Assembly (NCBI GenBank): GCA_973895155.1
Contig: OZ316896.1
Location: 15,100,684-15,164,683, forward strand
Origin: Marsupella aquatica
Lineage: Eukaryota; Plantae; Marchantiophyta
DNA: 64,000 nucleotides
Direction of reading: 5' to 3'
Below the pieces are notes generated by a model. The model worked only from the letters and a program-made list of their open reading frames with translations, searched no databases and was not told the DNA's origin. Position 1 is the first letter of the stretch. Every line of letters starts with the position of its first letter. Shown here in pieces: positions 1 to 12,373 of this stretch. Position numbers and translations under genes: made by a program.

Positions 1-1486
1 GGTGGAAGCTTGAAGCCCAAATTTTCAAAAAACTCCACCACTCTTTCCCGTGGACCGAGATACACAACGTGACCTTCAGCCAGCAGCAGCACATCGTCAA
101 ACAGATCAAATGTTTCCGGTGCAGGTTGCAAGAGTGCCATTAAGACGGTGCCTCGCATCAGATGGGTGAAATTCCGCACGCAATTAACGATCTGGTAAGT
201 TGTGGAACTGTCCAGGCCAGTCGAAATTTCGTCCATGAAAATGGTTTTCTTAGGACCCACAATCATTTCACCAGTGGTCACACGCTTCCGTTGGCCTCCT
301 GAAATCCCGCGGAGCATTTCATTTCCCACGACGGTGTCGGCGCATATTTCCAGGCCAAGCACTTTCATGATGTAATCTGTTTGAAGACTGTGTTCGTTAC
401 CTTCTGCAGCAGTGCCCTGAAAACACCAGAGGAAGAATAACAAAACCAATTTAAGATCGAGGCTAAGATTCGAGCAAGCAGTCAATCCGTAAATTATACA
501 GTGCATGCGGCAATATACTTATTATTGAAGGGGACCGCAATTAAATAATGGAGAACTTGGTCAGGTGAGGTAGTAAGAGAGACCTTCATGAAGGCATCAA
601 TGGCTGGATCCGGATGAATGCCTTGTGCCTTCTCTCGGTGAGCCAACTCAGTCAACATGTGATGCTTATAGCCCGTTCCTTGCACTCGAGCAGCGAAGTC
701 AAGAGTTTCACGAACTGTGAGCTCCCCAATATGATTGTCGTTTTGGCTGACATAAGCAGCTGTTCTCTGCGGCACAAATTCATGCATTGTATGTCCGTTG
801 TAGGTAATTTCTCCTGAGACCCTCAACTTGGGGTCAACTTTCCCAGCAAGAGCTAGAAGCAACGTTGTTTTCCCAGCCCCGGGGGGGCCCAACAGCAAGG
901 TCATTCTGGCGGGCTGCACAACTCCACTCACATCATTCAAGATCGTAAAATTCCGCTTGTTTGAAGGGAGAATCTTACATGAGGCCAAGATGCCCTCTAC
1001 AAAATTCCGCACAAAATTGATCAAAGTCGGAAGTGCTCGCCCTCCAGCGTACACATCGGCATGAACTGACAAGTTCTGGAAGCGAACTTCCACAGTGGGG
1101 TGCTCGATTTCAACCCTGCGGAGGCGCTCATTAATGTTGCGCAGAAGCCGCTCGTTGTCCTGCTCATTCGTCTTGAGTGCCAATTCCACGAGCCTAGCAC
1201 GCTGCCCCGGGTTCAACTCCCGAAGGTTAGTGACGTTGAACTCCTTGCCGCGTTCACCTGGCTCTCCAAGAATATTTTCCTCCAAGATTGCGGCATTCAG
1301 CCGATCATACGTGGGCAATTTCTCCAACGCCGCCCACTTGAGCGCTTCCAAATCATCGTCGTCCGCCTCCATGCTCGACCTTCTTCCGAAAGGCACCCTT
1401 CCTTCCCCTGTATCTCCCCATATCCTCGACCCTCCATGTTTATGCAAGAATGAGGCGTCCCCCGCTGGAGCTGTCGAGTCCGCCAT
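1..1486 (-). CDS. Full-size ABCG / pleiotropic drug resistance (PDR) transporter, 5' part. Exon 1 1486-584, intron 583-417, exon 2 416 to beyond the window edge
   Basis: PDR N-terminal motif [15 protein letters not shown], Walker [19 protein letters not shown]. Exon 2 reads GTAAEG...[33 protein letters not shown] (ABC signature). GT donor at 583 and AG acceptor at 417 keep the frame. Confidence 0.95.
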
Positions 1487-1667
1487 CTCGACCGCTCCGA
1501 CTCTTTCTTTCTCTTAATTAATTACTCGCTGCCCCGCTATTGACGACTGCTCGGCTTCTCAGCGTCCTCACTCCTCCACACTAATTCCCTAATTGATTAA
1601 AGATCACTCAGACGTTACGGCTCGATTGACAGGTCCGGGCCAATTCACATCATTATGCATGTTTCAC

Positions 1668-1738
1668 GTCCAATTCATGGCTGCATGGGATGTTACAGCG
1701 TTCTCTCATCCAATTCATGGCTGCATGGGATGTTACAG
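1668..1738. repeat. Short direct duplication (TCCAATTCATGGCTGCATGGGATGTTACAG x2) upstream of the ABCG gene
   Basis: Two identical ~30-bp copies visible at ~1669 and ~1709. Confidence 0.85.
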
Positions 1739-1760
1739 ATTTCTCGCTCCGTCTCTCTGG

Positions 1761-1762
<2 letters not shown>

Positions 1763-1813
<51 letters not shown>
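1763..1813. repeat. (CT)n microsatellite
   Basis: Pure TC run of about 50 bp. Confidence 0.97.
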
Positions 1814-1816
<3 letters not shown>

Positions 1817-4283
1817 CAAAACTGAGCTCGTAGGTCGCTGCTACTACCAGTTCACGAGCGAGCTAGCTCTCCTTCCGGTCGACATCCGAGCTGTCCCGGC
1901 TCTCACAAGGTCATCTTTGTCAAGTGTGCAATTCTTGGCTGATGAACCGTGTTTATCTACGAGAGTGCGGGGCATGCAGCGGCAGAAGTCGCACAGCTTC
2001 TTTCTCGGCTGCTCTCGACCAGTCTGTTCTAGAATGGTTCTTTTTGGGGGCTTTTTGGAGAAAGTTCTCTTCGACTTTCCGGAGGAGGGAGCAAATTCGG
2101 CATGCATCGCCCGCATCACAACCGGCTGGTGAGGTGTCTCTTCCAAGGGTTGTCAGTTGAGAATTCCTCCTATCGATGGATGGCTGCTCTGGGTGCGCGA
2201 TACTACTCCTACTATAGACTTCTACTACCTCTCCCATCACAACACCAGCCTGCCTGTGCGTTCCCCGAATAGATTGGCTTCAATTCCGGAACGGGCTCCG
2301 CCGCCGGGCCTCCCATCCCGCCATGGCTCCCTTTACACCGTTGGATCCCACTTGATATGGTACACCAACGGAATGTTCCTGATCCTCTTCCCAGACTTTC
2401 CCATCCCTGATCCCCCGACCTCATCAATAAAATAATTAGTGTAGCGAACACGCATCCAGCACCCGATGGGACGCGATACGGCAATGCACACCATGTCGCA
2501 CCCTTCTTCTGGAACTTCTGGTCGTCATCGTTCTATCGTTGTTGTGACAGCAGCCCAGCCCGGAAATTGGGGAATGGTTAAATTTGGGACGTGGGAAGTT
2601 GGGAGGTTGGGAGATGAGCTGCCACGAAGGATCTGGCTATGGTGGCAGAGATTAGTCTTTTGCAAGGCCTCCTCTCGTGGCTCAATATTGTTTGTTGATA
2701 ATCCTGTCTGCATTGTATAATCCTGCAGTTTTATTCCCAACAACTGGGTGACATACGAGAGGCTGGTAGAAAAAGTTAGCCACGGTGACCCGCTCGAATT
2801 AAACAACGAGATTTTACCCGAGAGTGGTGGGTGTCTAGTCCACTGCTGGCCATCCTGTCTGCTCCACTGCTGGCCATCCTGTCTGCTTGTCCTCACAATG
2901 CGCCATTGCGCCTGCCACGTCGGGATGAGCCTGACGTCTAGGTACCGTTCGTGTGTCTTACGTCTCAGCTGCATCACCTGAAGCCGTGAATGGCCCATTG
3001 AGTTGCCCCTTGGATGGTGAGCGGATTGTTTGGTCTGATGTGATCCCCAACAAAACCTTCGGGAATTTGGAATCACAGACGAAGCCGTAGCTCAGCGCTT
3101 CGTTTTCTTTCCTTCCGAACACCTTTTCTCTTTCCTTTCCAAGTACAGTTGTAGTTACGTCATTAGTGGTGGAACTTCGCTCTGCAATCTGGACGATGGC
3201 TTTTCGCTCGAGTCAGTTCCTCGGGAATTTCAATGTTAGTATCAAGAGAAGGTGCACGTCCAGTTTCCTGCATGATTACGTTAAGATACCGATACATTTC
3301 ATGCAGGCTGACGAGAACGTGAGCGAATTGGATAAGCGACCCTAACAATCACTGGAGTGACACACACCCAGATTCCTCACACCTTTTTCGGAACTTTAAC
3401 ACCTAGAAGAATCGTAGAAATGCATGCTCCAGAGCAGTCTATACTCTGTTGGATGGGCCTGCTTTCGGTTTTCAAGGAGAAAAAAAGAAGAATCGCAGAC
3501 TTATTTGGTTTATGCTCTGCTGTTATCATTGGGGTGGACCCTGAATTTGTACTCCTGTCCAAAGGCCCTGCCCTCTGTGACCAATCATTTTGGCTGCTGG
3601 GGGCAGGTAATCGACCAGGAAGTTTGAAGAAGAAAAGCGGCAGCATCAGGATTTCTGGAGGTGGGACTCACTAGGAGAGTGGAAGGCTGTTTCTGAGGGA
3701 GTTGTCTAAAAAGTGTGAAGTCTTAGTTGACTCGTGACGAGCAGTGTGAAGTCTGTTGAAGTTTTGGAAAGTCTCATGGGAAAGACTTCTTTTAGAGGCA
3801 TTTTTAAATTGTGTTCTCTTCTTTCCCAGTGCTGTGCTGTACAGTTCTGGAGGACTCTCATTGAGACTAACCTGCTTTTGGCTCTTTAATCTTTGAGGGT
3901 TTTTTCTTCCTCTCGTGTGCTCCCATGTGTTGGGTGTCCTTTACCTTTGAGATGGTGCGGCCCAGCCCATCTTGCTATTTGGAGTGTGAAATATTGTGAA
4001 ATATTGTGTTACTGGCCAGATGTCTGTGCAAGATGTCAAGAAGAGAAAAAAATGTTGAGGTGAGAAAACTATATTGAAATAAGGAAAAAAGATGTTGAAG
4101 AGAGAAAAATGAGTAAAGATGAAAAAACAATACCAAAATGAGGCAAAGATTTTGAGGCAAGGCAAGAAAATATAGACCTCAAGATATAGTTGTCAAGACA
4201 TGTTATGTGTCATCCCGGTGGAGATCCTGGTCATATAATCATTATGGTCGTGTTCAACACATGTGTGTTGTAAAAAATATGTA

Positions 4284-5559
4284 CACTCTTTACAGTATTT
4301 AGTCTCACACACTCTAATTAGTGTGAGGTTAGATTTGAGGTAAGTGACTGTAATTAAGGTGTGTGACACTAATATGGTATGACACTAATTGTGGTCACAA
4401 GTCAAATAGTGTCACACACACTTAAGCTAAAAAAATAGAATGGACAATAGTCAAAATTTGTTTATAAAAAATTAAAAACTGTGCATAATATATGATTACA
4501 GTTTACAAAATTTACTACTCATACAAACATTGAGAAAACTTCAGAAATTTATAACTCCTTCCATATATTACTCAAACATTGAGCACACTTCCAAAATTTA
4601 AAACTCCTTCTCACATAGCACAAAATTGCAATTTGGGGTACTCAACCACATTGAGCAAACAAGATCTGTTCGATTCACTTCTATCAACTATAAATAACAC
4701 ATGCGGTCTCACATACGCTACAACCTGTCCCATGTGTCTCATCCTTGCAAGACGGTGTACGTACAGCCCAAGAGAAGTGGGTTGAGCTAGCTCTTCACCT
4801 GGTTCACCAACATCAGGAGCCACTTCAACATTAGCATCAATGTCAAGGTCAACTCGACTCCCTTCAAAATTCACTCGATACTTTGCTATGATATTATGAA
4901 GCTCAGGTGTAAGTTGATTTTCAGACTATACACCATTGACATTTAGAGACAAATCGATGTTTATCATTAAATTTTGTGCATAAGACATGCCATGTCTGTC
5001 AACAAAACTGTCCACCTCAACTATAGAGTCCCTCGCCACCCTTGCCAATGTCAAAAACCAATGTTTGTTTGGATTTATCAATTTCCTAGATGTGCCCCGT
5101 GTCCCAATCCCCAAATTTTTTGGGTCTTCATTTATCATTTTTTGAAGTGTAGCGAGGATAAGCCAAAGGAGATGCAGATTAATTTCAGTGACATTTTGAC
5201 AGTCTTGATTCTCTTTCCTTTGCTCCAGCAAATTCAGCTATGATGGCCAATCCATTCCCGCCATGTTATCAATCTGTCAACCTCATTTCACAAAGACTGA
5301 CAAGCTAAAATATAAAGAAGCTTTCTAAGAACATACACACAAAGAGATGTTGTTGGTAGCCTGGCAAACTTTGGAGTGGGTCCAGTTTAGGGTTACCACC
5401 ACATTGTCACCTCTAATTATCAATATTTTCAATATATTAATTTATTTTTCAAAATTAGTGGTGGCGGTAAATAGTGTCACTTGGCTGAAAATCAAGGGCT
5501 ACCCCTAATTAGTGTGTGTGACACTAATTGTTTCATGACACTAAATATTGTAAAGAGTG
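4284..5559. mobile_element. Non-autonomous TIR DNA transposon with CACTC termini and subterminal ACACTAATT repeats (CACTA-like), containing a decayed coding remnant
   Basis: Left end CACTCTTTACAGTATTTAGT matches the reverse complement of the right end (CACTCTTTACAATATTTAGT). ACACTAAT/ATTAGTGT motifs repeat inside both ends. No TSD recognised. Confidence 0.6.
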
Positions 5560-7365
5560 CTTCCCTGGGCCCTCAGCATTATTAATAATGGGCCAGACGT
5601 GCAAACGGTGGAAGGGTGTGATAAATTCATTTCCAGAATAATTTTAATAATAGGGTTATAAAAAACAAGAGACATTTTTATACAGCTACCCCTTTATAAC
5701 TATGAAAGGCCAAAATAAATGCAGCACACAATAATTTGCTTCAAGGGGGGCCATAATACATTGTGTCATGCGTCACGATATCATTGGTCCACGTGGCTTC
5801 ATATATTGGAACACGTGTTTAGGCTGAGCTTTGAGACATTAGGGGGTTTAGGGGCCCTAAAATCCAAGGTGTAGAAGGGTTTAGGGTACAAGGGTTTTGG
5901 GAGGGTTTTAGATTTGTATTGGGGAACCCGGGGGAGAAAAGCATTTGAAAGATACTCCAAATAGTAGTTCGGTTTGGACTGTTGCTAATGTGAATTTTTT
6001 GATTGTGTTCACTTAGGATCCCTTGAAGATGAAAGACAACATGAGGGCACATAAGTTGGGGATTTTGTAAAAGGGTTCTCTTAGTTGAGATAAAAGTTTT
6101 TTAAGCACTGAACTTACATGTGTACATGCAGCTAAATGTTTTCTAGAGACAGGTATGTGTTTTTCTAAGAATATTAGGAAATAGTTGTGCAAATATTTTT
6201 ACAGATATGCCCTTATAGTTGAGACAATATATAGGTAGGTCTGCAAGCACCCGATACATGTGCTAAAGCATACTTAGTGAGACATTGTTACATGTGCTAA
6301 TTAAACCATAGTGAGTCTTCTAGTAAGTTTAAGTATGTTATTCCATTCAAACACTCTCTATCTATATATAGATACCTATTATTGTATGCTATACCTTTAA
6401 TCACTTTGTATTTACTCAAAAGATTATAAAATTTCAAGACCTTTATAAATGTGACTAATTGTCAATTTATAATTTCTGCAAGGGGCAAATAAATTCTCTA
6501 AACTTAAAGATTTAAGAATAACAAGAGATATTTTTATTGGTGTCCGAAAATAACAAGGGGTATGTGTTAAGGGGCTGTACGCACGTATACCCCTTAACTA
6601 TACAAAGGCTGGGGGCCTAGGGCTTTTTATATATTGCGCTCCTCAAATCAGAGCATCCTCATCGATTACCCTTTTTCTTTCAGTAAACTTCGTGTCAACC
6701 TGGAGCCTTCCTGTATTGGAGAAATTTTTCATCCAAACCTCCTTGCTGTATTTGACAAACTTTTCATCCACAATTTGCCGTGTTCTAATCTCCCAATCTG
6801 CGTCCATAACGGCAAAGGAACAAATTGCGATTGAAGTTCAAACAAAGCAGAAACAGAGAATTGGTTGTGTGTTGACTGACGACAATAAAGAGAGGAGTGA
6901 GAGAAGATTAGTAGTTGCAAAAAAGAAATTGATGCGTAGAATATGTCATTGCATAAATGATGTCCATGTGAAAAAAATATCATCGCCCAAATTATGTCAA
7001 TGCAAAAAAGATGATACATAAAATATCACAAATGGAACAAAAAACATCCACCTCACCTTAGAAAACAGGAAAGGTTCGAGGGGTGGGCATGAGTTCAACT
7101 TAGCCCCATAACTTTGATCAAAAATTTAACAGAAAGTCAAAAAAACAACAACACCCCTATCACTCCAACATTATTAAAAAAAATAGGTGAACAGATTGAG
7201 TAAAAAATAAGTTAAACTTAAACTAATAAAAAATAATGCTTCTCTTCTCTCCATCATAAACCTCAATCACTCCCATTCTTCTATATAAAAGTCTCCTCTC
7301 TATAGTAAGGTAGATGTGTATCACCATATTTTTATATATTCATTGTATGATATAGTTTGCACATG

Positions 7366-7620
7366 TCACACATCCCGTAGTAGCCTATAGTACATAGCTC
7401 CCCTCCTATTATTGGATGATATAAATCGCACAGGTATCAGATCCCCTAGTAGCCTATGGTATAGAGCTCCGCTCCTATTATTGGATGATATAAATTGCAC
7501 AGGTATCACCCCTAGTAGCCTATGGTATAGAGCTCCCCTCCTATTATTGGATGATATAAATTGCACCGGTATCACATCCCCTAGTAGCTTATGATACATA
7601 GCTCCCCTCCCTAGATAATA
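7366..7620. repeat. Minisatellite, ~66-71 bp unit, ~3.7 copies
   Basis: Unit TCACATCCCCTAGTAGCCTATGGTATAGAGCTCCCCTCCTATTATTGGATGATATAAATTGCACAGGTA repeated head-to-tail. Confidence 0.92.
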
Positions 7621-7676
7621 GTCCTTCCTTGTGCACCTCAATGCACACAACCAATGGTGACCCAAAAAGTCCAAAA

Positions 7677-8109
7677 TCTTACTATAAAAGGGCCAATTAA
7701 ACTCTACTATGAAGAGCCTAGGTCTAGAGTGAAGCCTCTATCTGAGCGTAACTCTATGGTCATCATGTATATGTGAAAAACTTATATGAATGTGCACATA
7801 AAAAATATATATATACATAAAAAATAATGGTATATTATATATGACTATTAAAATGATATTTTTTTTTATCATTTTATTAACCTTCAAAGAATATGGCTAT
7901 CATGTGCATATGAAAAACTCATATGGATGTGCATACCAAAAAAAAGATGTGCACATAATGGAGAATGATATATTATGTATGATTATTAAAATGATGGGTT
8001 TTTGTATCATTCTATTTACATTCAAAGAAAATAAATAGAGAATATATTTTGATGACATTTTTATTGTCCTCTCTGCTATTCACATTCAAAGAAGGGTAGT
8101 TGGGGCTAG
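7677..8109 (+). mobile_element. Non-autonomous Helitron
   Basis: A|TCTTACTA 5' end, CTAG|T 3' end, subterminal CACATTCAAAGAAGGG hairpin remnant, family motif TCTAGAGTGAAGCCTC shared with other copies. Confidence 0.7.
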
Positions 8110-8239
8110 TAATTTTAAAAGCTAGATTTCATTCCCTCCGGAACACTTAAGTTTGGAAGAAAACCAAGACTGCTTTTGCGGGATCACATATTATACAAGT
8201 AGATATACTATTGGGAGCCTTATTAGAATGAGGGGATTG

Positions 8240-8960
8240 ACATGATGGTTTGTATGGATGAGGCAGCTTAAGCTGGTTAGGGAGTCAAGGTGGCAAACGG
8301 TGCATGGCCGGAGCAGGGAACAGGGGGTGGAAATAGGGTCTGCCTAGCAGTCACAGTGTGGCCAATGCGTTTCACCCAGTGTAGTCCCATTGGTGAACGG
8401 CTTTGGGGCAAAAGAAGACACAGTGGCAAATGGAGGTGGTGGCATCTAGGGCAAGTAAATGGATTCTGGCCAGTGAAGGCAGTGGGGAATACAGGTCCAT
8501 CCAAGTACGGAAGCTTTCGGTGGGAATTGTTCCCCAAATCAGAAAGCTCTATGCCTGCCAAGGCAAAGTCCTAGCTTAAGTGATGCTTGCAATATGGGCA
8601 AACTTAAACTACTCAGTGAAACATGAGGCGCAATATTTTGCTCTTGCTCAACTCAGCCTTTGTTGATGCTCTTGAACCGTATCTCAGCACAACATTTTGT
8701 GTGAGGTGAACCTCTCCTAAACAAAGGAGTGGTCTGTAGCCCAAATTAAATAGTCTTTAAGTTTGGCAGACTCCCAATCCCTAGGGCATAAAGTTGATTT
8801 AGGCCAAAGATGGGTTCTACAAGAAGTCCTGCATACAGTGCATCTCGGAAACCACAACGCCCTTACCAGCCTGTGCAGGGCCTTGAGTTTACAATGCATT
8901 GAGAGAGATTGTTCCACCAAAAGGGTATCCAAGACATACAAACTTAACTTCTCTATGTCC
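8240..8960 (-). pseudogene. Possible decayed LINE ORF2 3' remnant
   Basis: Fragmentary Trp/Cys-rich minus-strand frames (CTVCRTSCRTHLW..CPRDW; LIWGTIP..FRTW) loosely resembling the zf-RVT/C-terminal region. Many stops. Confidence 0.3.
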
Positions 8961-9843
8961 GTCTCTATGTAATGGTCAGTGGATTCTGGAGAAGAATCTT
9001 AAGTAAACATTTGAATAGGCTCATTATGAGATTTCTCTCCTATTTGTACCAAAATTACTAAAAATAAAAATCTCTTAGGCTTTTAAGTGTATCATGTCCA
9101 GACCCTTATGGAAAATAATAGTCCTTCAAAACAAAAGCTAGAGCCCCAAAATTTTCAGGGATAACAGCCTACGATGCCCTGTAAAAACCGCAGAGAAGGG
9201 TCTGAGAAGGGGCTGTTTGGCATGCAGGCTACCATTCATACGTGGTAATGCTGGAGTACAAATATAGAAAGAAAAAAAACTTGGCTGGGAGTAACTATTG
9301 GGGGATGTTTAGACTGCTTGTGAGTAATACTAAGACAATTAAAACTATGATATACACTCCTACTTCTTTTTCTAGTGGTGTCTTACTAATCTGCAGGGCA
9401 GAAAAAAGTGGCAAGTTTAAACCAATTAAAACCCTTCATCCAAATATTGTTTTTTAGCATCAGATTTATTCCTAGACCCATCTAAAATTAGTGCTACCCT
9501 TTAGCTTGCCCTTGCTTGCCCATGATAAAAAACATTAGTAAAAAAATACAATTTATCTACATTTAAAAGATTTAAATTTAAATATTTGGAAAAACCCATT
9601 TGAAAATTTGAATTTTTTTTATATAATTAAAATATAGAAAAATTTGTTCCTCTAAAAATTTAAAACTTTAAAAAAATATAATTTTGTTGTTGTTTGGTTG
9701 TGATTGGATTTATGATGCAGATGATGCGGTGGCCGCTATCTCGCGTCTCCAATTTCTATGTGCAATGCACAGTTTATTGAACACGGTCACAACAATTGTA
9801 TGGTTGAGATCATACATAACATGACTCAACAACTACATTGCAA

Positions 9844-9847
<4 letters not shown>

Positions 9848-9886
<39 letters not shown>
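9848..9886. repeat. (TA)n microsatellite
   Basis: Pure TA run. Confidence 0.97.
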
Positions 9887-9891
<5 letters not shown>

Positions 9892-10350
9892 TTGTCTTAC
9901 CTTGTCATGTTTTCTCAACTTCACATATCTTTCTAATCTTTACATATTCTCTCCTTAACATCTTTACTTTACCTTGATAGCTTTTCCTCAAATTGCATCT
10001 TTAGTTCACCATGACATTGTTTCTCACCCTCAACATCTTTCCTCTCCTCAACATCCTTTTCTCTCGAGATATTTTCTCACCTGGCTTGACTTCTTTTCGT
10101 CACCCCACAGCTTTTCTCACCTTGACATCTTATCTTTTCTCATCTCGCCATCTTTTTCTCACCTCAAAATCTTTATCTCACCACGACATCTTTTCCTCCA
10201 CTTTGACATCTTTTCCTCATTTTTAGAACTTTTTCCAACCTTGTCATCTTTTCTCTCCTAGACATATTTTTCTCACCTTCCTTCTTTTCTTCACCTTGCC
10301 ATTTTTTCTTTTATTTACATTTTTTCACCTTTGTATCTTTTCCTCTCAAA

Positions 10351-10584
10351 GGGGTCACTTCCATGGAAGTGGCATATCATGTGCGACGAAGCATAGGGTC
10401 ATTTAAATGGTTTTGGCGAAAGACTTATTAAGTCTTCTATGGAAATATAGGGTTGTTTAATTGCAAAATGCATACGTGTCATCACATGATTGGTGCCGTG
10501 CAACTTTCTAGAAAGTGACTTAGAGGGGTCATAAATGACCCAAACCCTCGCACGTGATGTATGACCCTTCATATAGTGACCCCC
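10351..10584. mobile_element. MITE-like foldback with ~55-bp imperfect TIR (GGGGTCACT ... AGTGACCCC)
   Basis: Ends are imperfect reverse complements, including the ATCA(T/C)GTGCGA and GGGTCATTTA segments. No clear TSD. Confidence 0.5.
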
Positions 10585-10831
10585 CGAGCTTTTCCTCACC
10601 TCAATATCTTTTGTGCAACGCATAGCTATTGGGCTAGCCCTACATAAAGACATGTCTCCTTCCACAATATCTTTCGCACAAGGATTTTTTTAATGCAATG
10701 AAATCTGTTGTGGGATGATATCTTTTACGACATCTTTTACGGATTGTTTTTTTAGCAAAATGACTTTGATTACATATCAACATCTTTTGAGTTATGATTT
10801 CTTATGCATTGACATCTCTTATGCAACAACA

Positions 10832-11092
10832 TCTTATATTCTTATATATAATTAAAGGGAGGAGGGAAGCTAGAGTTGAGGTCTAGGCTTCTAGAGTGAG
10901 ACCTCTAGACCGTGACTCAAGGGCCCCACAATAATATGTGCATAGAAAGGAGTATGTTATGATATGTAAGATTATTAAAATGATGGCCCAGGCATTAATC
11001 ATTTCATTAACCTTCAAAGAATGGTAATATTTTGTTGACACTTTTATTGTTCTCTCCTCTATTCATGTTCAAAGAAGGGGTAATCCAAGCTA
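10832..11092 (+). mobile_element. Non-autonomous Helitron (same family as 7677-8109), abutting the nested insertion
   Basis: A|TCTTA start, TCTAGAGTGAGACCTC motif, 3' CATGTTCAAAGAAGGGGTA..GCTA. Confidence 0.6.
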
Positions 11093-12373
11093 CCTCTGTT
11101 GGGGATAATCCTTATCCCAACACACCATGCACATGTGAACACCGTACAAAGTAGTCGACACAGCAAGTACGTGGTTCACCTCCTGACTGAGGCTACGTCC
11201 ACGGGAAAGCAAGAGACCTTTATGTCACTTGCCTATCCAACGATTAATATGTGCAAACCGTACTTTTCTTCGCTCAAACCGTTGGTATCGTATTACGGGG
11301 TCGTGGAGGGACGCTATTTGGAGGATTTCCACACCTAAGGATGAATATGTTTGATTCCGCTCCCGAAAGTGTACTTTTTGATCAAGTCTACTGACTGGTC
11401 TCTCCGTTTTTGATCAAGTCCAAGGGACTGGTCCTACCATCTACAACTCATGCCCACCGGGTGAGTGCTGTCACCACCCCCCTCTCATGGGCAAGCATAC
11501 AAACGTTTACAATAAGGTTTGAACACTAGTGACAAGGGCAAATGTTTCCACAATGAAACCGACCACATGCACTAGGGGAGGAAAACAAACAACACAAGCA
11601 ACAACAAGTGACACACAAAATATTGGAACCTCAAGCCAAATCCATATCTCTTGGTGTTTCCCGTAACACATGCAAGGGCAACCCGGCCTCCTGCCGTCTG
11701 CCCAACTCCTGCCTCCCGGGGACAAGTGCTACGTTCTCCACTTCACTACTCTGGCTTGAATTTCTCCTAATCGGTGCGCTACAAAAGCTACTCAACAGCA
11801 TCAAAGCACTATGTTGAGTTCCCCCCTAACTACTTCGGGGCTCTCCCCCTAAATACCAAAAAACCACACCAAAGCACCCCTCATGGGGTCACAACGATGG
11901 CGGCTACCCTAGCGGCGCCGCTAAAACCCTGCACTAAGAAATCCCTAAACTAAAAAGGCATGCGGCACACACATGCTGCTAAAACCCTAAACCCTAAACA
12001 AGGGGCCGACGGTGCCTTCGACGGCGCCCCAACTGTACTCCGTGAACCCTGAAATTGCAAGGCACCCCACAATGGCTGAAACTAGGTGCCCTATCAACTG
12101 TACTTTTGAGCTCACCCTTGGATAGCCCTTCTCCTCCTGATCCCGAATCACTCAGCCGCACTCGCAATGGACATCGGACGCCTGAGTTATGGTCGTTTCC
12201 GTATCGCAAAAACACAATTTCGTCGGACCATAACTTGCTCATCCTGGCTCCGTTTGAGGAGCGCCGCCTCTTGTTGGAATCAGCTCCGCGAGCTCTTTCC
12301 AACAAGCCCGTGAGTGACCCCTCACAAAAAAGTTGGAAATGCAGAGGCCGTACAACCACATCCGTACGACTAT

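Noticed and set aside
1593-2132. 179-aa ORF with an LSLSLS run
   Set aside because: The run is a read-through of the (CT)n microsatellite, and the start is non-ATG.
7366-7620. CRISPR-like array
   Set aside because: Units are contiguous near-identical repeats with no unique spacers, there are no cas genes, and the context is eukaryotic. It is a minisatellite.
11981-11999. Interstitial telomere
   Set aside because: Only about two AAACCCT units, inside a TE. This is at most a telo-box-like motif.
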